From positions 1 through 40,414 of IMG/VR virus record IMGVR_UViG_3300030330_003853: a stretch of DNA of 40,414 nucleotides. The stretch is one strand, 5' to 3'. Every line of letters starts with the position of its first letter. Positions within the stretch are counted from its first letter, which is position 1. Positions 7,129-14,800 of this stretch are shown here, piece after piece. Under the pieces are notes generated by a model that had not been told where the DNA came from, ran no database searches, and saw only the letters and a program-made list of their open reading frames with translations. The translations under genes were made by a program, and so were the position numbers. Source of the stretch: a virus. Its lineage: Duplodnaviria; Caudoviricetes.

Positions 7129-8607
7129 CTATACTCTTTCTATCCAAGTTTTATCTGGATTAAAATAAATTAATACATCTCCTCCGTCATCATCAATTGC
7201 GTATCCTAAAATTCTTACTATATCACCAGGACCAGATGGTGCTGTAAAATCAAAGTGTCCAGCTTCTGTTCCTAAATAAACTGGTACACCGTCTACTCGT
7301 CCAGATCCGGGTACATTTAATATTTCTGTACTAGGTACTCTAACAAAACCATTGAGCAATACACCTGATGTCTGAGACGATGCGCCTAGTCCAACGCCTA
7401 GTAAACCAGTACTCGTAGCGTCACTATCTGCGTCAGCCTGTAACCATGATCCGTTGGTGGAGCGTAGATAATACACTTGTCCCGCGGTTGGTGTACTATC
7501 ACCATTTGGTTCATATCTTATTATCGTTCCAGTACCTTGACCAGAGCTATATAAATTTTCAAATTCACTTGCGTGAAAATCATATATCTTATTAAACTTA
7601 CTTTTTCCTGATGTTAGAGTATAAGTGTCTGCAGCATTAACAGTTACTCCTCCAGCTGAGGCACCTATATTTATAGCATCACTTCCAGTTCCAGCAGCGT
7701 CTAATATAATGCTAGCATCATGAGCTCCAGTTTGTCTAATTAAAAAATCTTCCGCGTCTTCACTAGCTGTTAATATTATACTAGAAGAATCAGTAAGATC
7801 CATGTCTAGCGCGTTAGCATTAATATCAAGTGTTCCAGTGGTTGTTAAGTCTATTTCACTTGATCCGCCAGCAACGGAAAAGGCACCACCTGGTGTTATT
7901 GTTAATGCTCCTGCAGATGTAACATTGTCTCCATCGATATCAAGATCTCCAGCTATTGTGGTTATTGAGCCTACTCCAGCTCCAATTGTTACGTCAATTT
8001 CACCATCCTCATCAGTATCACCGTCTAATTTTAAACCAGTTGTTAATGTACCATCGTATTCAGCTACTTTAAAAAACAAATCTCCTGCTTCCTCTGTGTG
8101 AGTGTTGTCTCCTATTTCTGCTGTTATTTGCGCATAAGTTGTTAATGCACCACCACTATCACCTCCCATAAATTCAATTCTACCCAAAGAATCACCATCT
8201 GAACCAGCGGACACCGTTGATCCTCTATAGTTTTTTAATTGAATAACACCTCCATGTAAATCAGCGTTTATGTTTGTTAATTCTAAAAATGGACCTAAAC
8301 TTGCGGAAGCTTTTAATTCACCTGTACTAGGATTCCAAGTTAACTTATCTTCAACGTCTATTTGCGCTGCACCGCCATAAGTTAGGACACCATTGGTTGT
8401 TGAACCACTAAACTCTAAGTCAGTTGATTCAGACGAAGCACCAATGTCAGATAATACTTCTGCTCCAGTTCTTATTGCAACTTCACCATCTGTTTTCTTT
8501 ACTAAAAAAGCATCTGTATCAGATCCAGCATTATCTACGTCCTCAAGGTAAACCTTAGAACGAAACCTAGATATAAAATCCCATATATGCTGGCCTATCC
8601 ATCTCAT
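7129..8607 (-). CDS. Putative tail fibre/spike protein
   Basis: 492 aa, G/S/T/D-rich with repetitive beta-type segments and a distinct C-terminal domain (YYL...WLQADAD...GLLGV...VYLG...VRILGYA). Confidence 0.65.
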   Translation of the reverse strand: MRWIGQHIWDFISRFRSKVYLEDVDNAGSDTDAFLVKKTDGEVAIRTGAEVLSDIGASSESTDLEFSGSTTNGVLTYGGAAQIDVEDKLTWNPSTGELKASASLGPFLELTNINADLHGGVIQLKNYRGSTVSAGSDGDSLGRIEFMGGDSGGALTTYAQITAEIGDNTHTEEAGDLFFKVAEYDGTLTTGLKLDGDTDEDGEIDVTIGAGVGSITTIAGDLDIDGDNVTSAGALTITPGGAFSVAGGSSEIDLTTTGTLDINANALDMDLTDSSSIILTASEDAEDFLIRQTGAHDASIILDAAGTGSDAINIGASAGGVTVNAADTYTLTSGKSKFNKIYDFHASEFENLYSSGQGTGTIIRYEPNGDSTPTAGQVYYLRSTNGSWLQADADSDATSTGLLGVGLGASSQTSGVLLNGFVRVPSTEILNVPGSGRVDGVPVYLGTEAGHFDFTAPSGPGDIVRILGYAIDDDGGDVLIYFNPDKTWIERV

Positions 8608-8783
8608 TATATTTCAAATCCAAAGTTCAATAATATAAATCTAAATCTTTTACAAGACGTGAATTTACAAGTTTTACAGAAACAGAATTTCAAATGAAAA
8701 ACTGTTAACATTCCTAATCTAAATTCTATTTCGTATATTTCTTTTTTACTTCCTGATCTCCAGGAATTTATCCAATCAATCAT
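8607..8783 (-). CDS. Small Cys-containing hypothetical protein, 58 aa
   Basis: Manual translation MIDWINSWRSGSKKEIYEIEFRLGMLTVFHLKFCFCKTCKFTSCKRFRFILLNFGFEI*. Stop overlaps the next ATG (TAATG). Confidence 0.65.
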   Translation of the reverse strand: MIDWINSWRSGSKKEIYEIEFRLGMLTVFHLKFCFCKTCKFTSCKRFRFILLNFGFEI

Positions 8784-8813
8784 AATTTACTTCTTTTTAT
8801 TATTATTACACAT

Positions 8814-11800
8814 TTATTGATGAGCGTAACATTTCTTACTTTTATTCTCTGTTCTATTTTTACATCTTTCCCCGTTCGATTTAGTTGCTGTACATCTAAA
8901 TTCTCTTATTCCATCGTTATCTCTATCTGTTCCTTTCTTTTCTTCCTCTTCAGTATACGTTTTATGGTACATACACTTAGCTGATTTAGCTTTTGTTTCT
9001 ACCATTATCTTACATCTTTGTCCATTAGACTTTATAGCAGAACATCTAATCTTTTTTATACCTTCTTTTTTCTTTTCTTCTTCAACTTTCTTTTTCTCTT
9101 CTTCTTTAGCTTTCTTTTCTTCTTCTTTCTTTTGTGTTTTTAATTCTTCTTTCTTTATTCTTCTAGCTTCTTTAGCATCAGCTTTAGCTTGCTCTAATTC
9201 TTCGTCTTCAACACCAACACTCCATCTACTCCATCCAGATGTTAAAGCAACTCTTTGCCATATATCATGGTTACCCGTTAACGCTTCTTCCACATTATTA
9301 GCCTTGTTTAATACTCTAGCAACAGGTATATTAGTGAGAGCTTCAGTTAAATTTGCAGCAATAGATAAATTAGGATTTTCAATTCTAAAACCTATTTCTT
9401 TACTAACACCTTTGTTATATTGCTCAGTTCTAACAGCGTTCATTATTTTACGCATTTTACTACCAATTGGTGGAGATAAATTAATTGCTTCTTGAGCTAT
9501 GTTTAAATTCTCTCTATTCCAACCTTTTTGACTTTCTTCTCTCCATTTTAATAAAACATTTTTAAGTGTAGCGACCGCAGCTCCATAAACACCAGTACCT
9601 CTAAGTAAGGTATCAAAAGCTCCATTTGCAACTCTAAGTTCCATTTTCTTTTTCTTCTCTTCATCTTCATCGTTACCAAACAACATGAACATTAGTCCAG
9701 TTTGAAGAGCTCCAAAAATTACATTTTGAGCTACGCCATAATACATGATTCTAGATATGTTAGCTCTGTCACTTTGAAACTGAGTTAAACCTGGCATCTT
9801 TCTTCTATTAATTAAATCAGATAAAGATTTCTTAGTCAACCTAGTCATCTGCATTGGAGTGTTTTGCCACGCTAATATTATTCTACCCATAACACCAGCT
9901 TGTTGCATTGATATTAAATCAGGTCTAGAAGACTGTTGTGTTTCTTCAGCAATCTCTTGGAAGTCTAACCAAGCTTGTTCTTTGGCTTTAGCTTCAGACA
10001 TTCCTTGTTTCACGTAGGTATTTAATCTGTTTCTATAGAAAGTAGAACCACCAAGTGATATAGCAAAACTATCTGCTATCTTTGTCGGAGTAAAACCTTT
10101 TTCTAATAAATAAGCTATTACAGCTTCTGTTTTACTTTTGCCATCAGAAAAAGCACTAGTTAATTCCGATGCTGACACATCTATTTGTAATCCAGCTCTT
10201 CTTTGTTTTAACATAGGTGAGTTCATTATGAATATAAAGTCTTTCCAGAATTGTGGTTGATTAGCAAAAGCTTTAGCAGCTTTAAAAACATTATTATCTC
10301 CCCAATTAATAAAGTTAACTGTTGATATAGTTTGTAGCACCGCGGATCTCATATTAATAAACATCGTTGCACCAACAGATCCATTAATCCAGTTTAAAAA
10401 TTTATTAACATTAGCATCTTTACCGGTGGTTCTATTTGTTCCAGTCTCCATTCTATACAACATATTCTCTAGCGCATCTCTAAAGTCTTTACCATATATT
10501 GCCTCTATTTTATTTAAGTTTTCTGGAGAAAATATAATATTTTTATTATTGATCCATTCAGATAAAAACTCTTTTCTACCAACTGTACCAACTATATTAT
10601 TTAAATCATTACCTATTGTTTGAGCTGTCCAATAACTACTTGGTTTTATATATCCTTCTGGTCTACGAGATATAACACTTAATCCTTCAGCAAATTGTTT
10701 TAATTCAGGGTTACTATTAACTTGTTTTACCAACTTGTCTTGTAATGTTTTTGATATACCTGGTATTTCAAATCCAGCTTTATCCCAGAGATAAACTCTA
10801 ACAGCTGTGTCATTAGTAAACGATGTTCCTTTTACTTTAGTTTTAAGTATTTTACTTACATTAGGAAATTGTTTCTTTAGTGCAGCATAATCATCTGCCA
10901 TTGCTTGCTTATAAGTATTCCATTCTCTATATCCTTTAGCGTATGGGTCTAGTAAATTCTCTTTAAAGAATTTCATATGAGCATCACCTTCTTTACCTCT
11001 ACCTAAAAACGAATATATTAAACCTTTAAAGTCTTCTGCAGATGGTGGAACAAAGAAGTTAAATTTATTATTTTTAATACCTCTTTTTCTAGCTTCAGCA
11101 ACTGAAAATCTTTTATCAGCAGCGACACCTTTTGATTGTTCTAGTATTTTATTAAAATCTAAAGGAGCTGATTTACTAAACTTAACTTTAGCTTGAACAA
11201 CCTTAGACTTGATATCTAGCTGTTCTAATACATTCTTAACAGCTTTCACGTTTGGTAAGGCATCATCTACGAAATACATATCATTGTATCCCTCTGCAAA
11301 CTTTTCTAACATCCAGTCAGCTTTAGCTTCTCCTTTACTATCTGCTAATCCAGTTATATTTTTAAATGGTATATTTATACCTTTAGATTTTAACCAACCA
11401 TCGATAGCTGTTGCAGCTTCTTGAGGTCTAGCTGTTAATACAAAAACATTTTCTGGTCCATACTTCTTAATTTGATTTTTCATTTTCTGAAGTAACGGTC
11501 CATCAACACCACCTCTTACATTCACAAAATCATCAAAATTAAATTCATATCCTTGCTCCGCTAGTTCAGGACCTTTAGTAGGCCAATCACCAGATTTTAT
11601 GTTTATCTTTTCTCCGGTTTTAGGATCTGTTGCTACAACAAAGTTTTCTCCATCTATAATTAGTGTTTCATCAAAATCAAAAGTTGACATACCTTTGTTA
11701 TCTATGTCAACAAACTTATAACCTTTTGCTTCTAGATCAGCTTGCATGATTTTAATCATCTCACTTGGTGTCTGTCCTTTTTTAGAATACTTTGTTTTTT

Positions 11801-14800
11801 CAACAAATGTATAACCACGTTTTTCTAAATCAGCTTGTATTTCTTTGTTTTGTTTTTTAATTAACTCAGCTTGTTTGTTAAAAGCTTTTAGAACGTTTTG
11901 AATGTTTGTTATTTGGCGTTTAGATGCTTTAACAATAGATGGGTTTCCATCTTTATTTATATTAAAAGTTTCTGCAATAGTTCTACCATCTAACATTATT
12001 ATTTTACTAGGATCTATACCTTTATTTTTACCTTTACCTTGTTGAGCAACTTTTTCGTTAAAATATCTTTCCCACCAAGTATTATCTATTACACTCCAGT
12101 TTGGTGGCATAATTCTAGCGTAACCAGCGTCATTAAGTTTTTGATTTTCATTTGCATCTAAAGCTATCAACTTATAGTTATCCATAACTAAATCATACGC
12201 TGCTTCAAAATTAATTCCTGATTCTAATGCTGAGTCTAAAAGGTATAAATATGCGGCTGTTGCTGGCATAGCGTGTTCGAACTCATAAGCAGTCCATTTT
12301 CTTTCTTTTTTACCAGTCTTTTTATTAGTATACTCTTTCCATTTACCCTTTGGGTTTGGTGAATATGCTGTAGCTTGTGCTCCAAATTTATGCCAATGAC
12401 TACTATCATGAACCGTTAACTTTAAGTAATTACCAATAGTAGAAGCAGAATTAGGATTTGCTTGTATAGCTTTGTATGATCTCATCCAAAACGCTCTGTG
12501 TATTTTACCAACTTTATCATTAAACGCTTCCGCTTCTTTCTTAAATGATTCTGGATTTTTAAATAACGTTTGATAAGAAGATTTTGAGTAATCATTAACA
12601 CCATCTACTGGTTTTCCAAAGTTATCAAAATCTCTTAACTTTTCCATTTCTTTTTTATAGTAATCGTATACTCCAGCTTTTTTCAACTTACCGACTCTAT
12701 TACCTGGAGTAAACACCGTTCCATACTCTCCTTTTTTATTGGGTTTACCAAACCAAAAGTCTCTTGGCATTAAAGGTAAGACATACGTTTTTAAATCTTT
12801 AACATATTTAATAACGTCTTCTTTTGATGCAAGTGGATTTATGGGTTCAAGAGGAACACCGTTCTTATCTACGTGACTTTTTAAAACATCATTTATAACT
12901 TTGCTACCTTCAATTTCAAAGGGAGATTTAACATTTATTAAGTTGCTTATTTTAACATCAACCTTTTCACTAAACATTACCTCTGATTTACCTTCACCAA
13001 CCTTTTCAACAGTAGCTCTATCAACACCTTGTTCAATAGCGTTCTTTCTTATTTGCTGGTTAGCTTCTAGTTGAGCGACTTGAGTTATAAAAGCTCTTAA
13101 TGCTCCATCTAGCGATGTACCTTTTTTAGTTGTACCATCTGGATTAATACCAAACGCCGATAAGAAATCTTTGTTAGTTACATTAGGTTTCTTAACTTGA
13201 ATAGGTAATCCAGCAGCGGTAGCTCCTTCTTTTACTTTAGCTCTACTACCTTTAATATAAAACTTATTTAAAAGACTAGGCGCGACACCAGTTGCTTTGC
13301 CACTTCTATCAGTTCCTTCAGGTAGCATGTCTATTAATTTACCTTTCTTAGATAGTTCAACTATTTTATCTCTAGCAGCTTCTCTTTGTTTACCGTCTAA
13401 ATCTTGGTTCTTTCTTATTCTATTAGCGTCAACACCAAAGTCCTTAGAAACAATATCTAATACTTTATTTAATGGACCGTTTGTAATTAATTTCTTAACA
13501 CCCTTATACGTTAATTTAGATAAAGGTACATTAGCTTCTTTAACAGTGTTTTCTATTTCAGAAACTTTTTTACTATCTAGATCTAACTCCTTATTAACTA
13601 CTTTACCTTCAGCCTGTTTAGCACTAACACCGCCACCCGCTACTATATCTGTATCAACAAAATCAATATCACCTTCTTTCGTAGACATTGATATAGTTTC
13701 AGGGCCTTGACCTTTTGCCTCATCTAGTATTTGATTATATCTTGTTGGTAAAACATTATTAACATAAGCACCAAAAGGAACACCTTCAGCTGGATTCCAA
13801 GTTCTAGCTAAATCAGATAGCTCCATCATAAACCCTGATTGAAATTCTTCAAGACTAACTCTTTTTGTACCAGATTCAAATCCAGCGTCATAAGCTTTTC
13901 TAGCAAGTTTGTTGGCTGTAGCCATATTATTAACTATGAGTTCACCTCTAACCCTATCTGATACAGCCTTATAGAATTTAACTTTCTTTTCTTTACCTTT
14001 TGAATCTTCAACTGTTTCATAATAAACCTCGTTTAGTGGTATTCCCTTTTTTGCGGCATCATCAACTACTTTATTATAAAGTCTTTCATTTTCATTTACT
14101 ATTTCAACTGTGTTTTTAGCTAAAGCTTCAGATTTTTTAGTTTCAACTTTCGTTTTATCACCAAAAAGTTTATTTAATAATGCAGCTTCTTGAGCAATCT
14201 TACTTTTCTTTATAGCTTTTCTTTGTTCTAATGTTAATGTTCCAGCTTTTATTTTTTTAGCTAGTTGAGTAACAAAAGTTACAGCATCTGTTTCTCCTTC
14301 GAAATTAAAATCAAAATCTGAATTAGTAGATTTAGCAACTCCTTTACCAAATAACCAGCCCATCATAGCTCCTAATCCTTTATTGTTTTTTGCTTGAAGA
14401 TCTATTTTACCTTCAGCTACTAATTCCATATATCTAGTTATCACTTCATCAGCACCCATTCCTTGAGTTTCAGCTACTAATAAAGCGTGTAAATTTGGAT
14501 TTTTTGTTCTAACGTGTTGGAGTATTTGATTTGCTATGTCAGTAAACGCTTCTGGATTTTGACCTATAGCTTCAGAAAGTATTGTATGACCAAGCTCATG
14601 TGTTCTAGTTTCAGTACGATCATCTTTAGCCATATTTTCTACAACTTGAAACGGAATGTAGTTCCCGTCTGTTGTTGGCATATTAGCACCGTGACCGCCT
14701 TCTTCTATATTTTTTATAGCTGCCGCTTTGTTGGCATCAGAAACATTATCTAATTTATTTATCTCTTCAATAGCTTGTTCAGTTGTTTGGTAGTTTTTTA

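Noticed and set aside
7129-7131. Stop-codon reassignment (TAG or TGA), known in some crAss-like phages
   Set aside because: Genes up to 8.9 kb are open in the standard code, and TAG (7129) and TGA (917, 5094) act as stops tightly abutting the next genes.
8790-8815. TGTGTAATAATAATAAAAAG upstream of the 58-aa ORF as another copy of the promoter motif
   Set aside because: Only TGTAA matches; too degenerate in AT-rich DNA to call.
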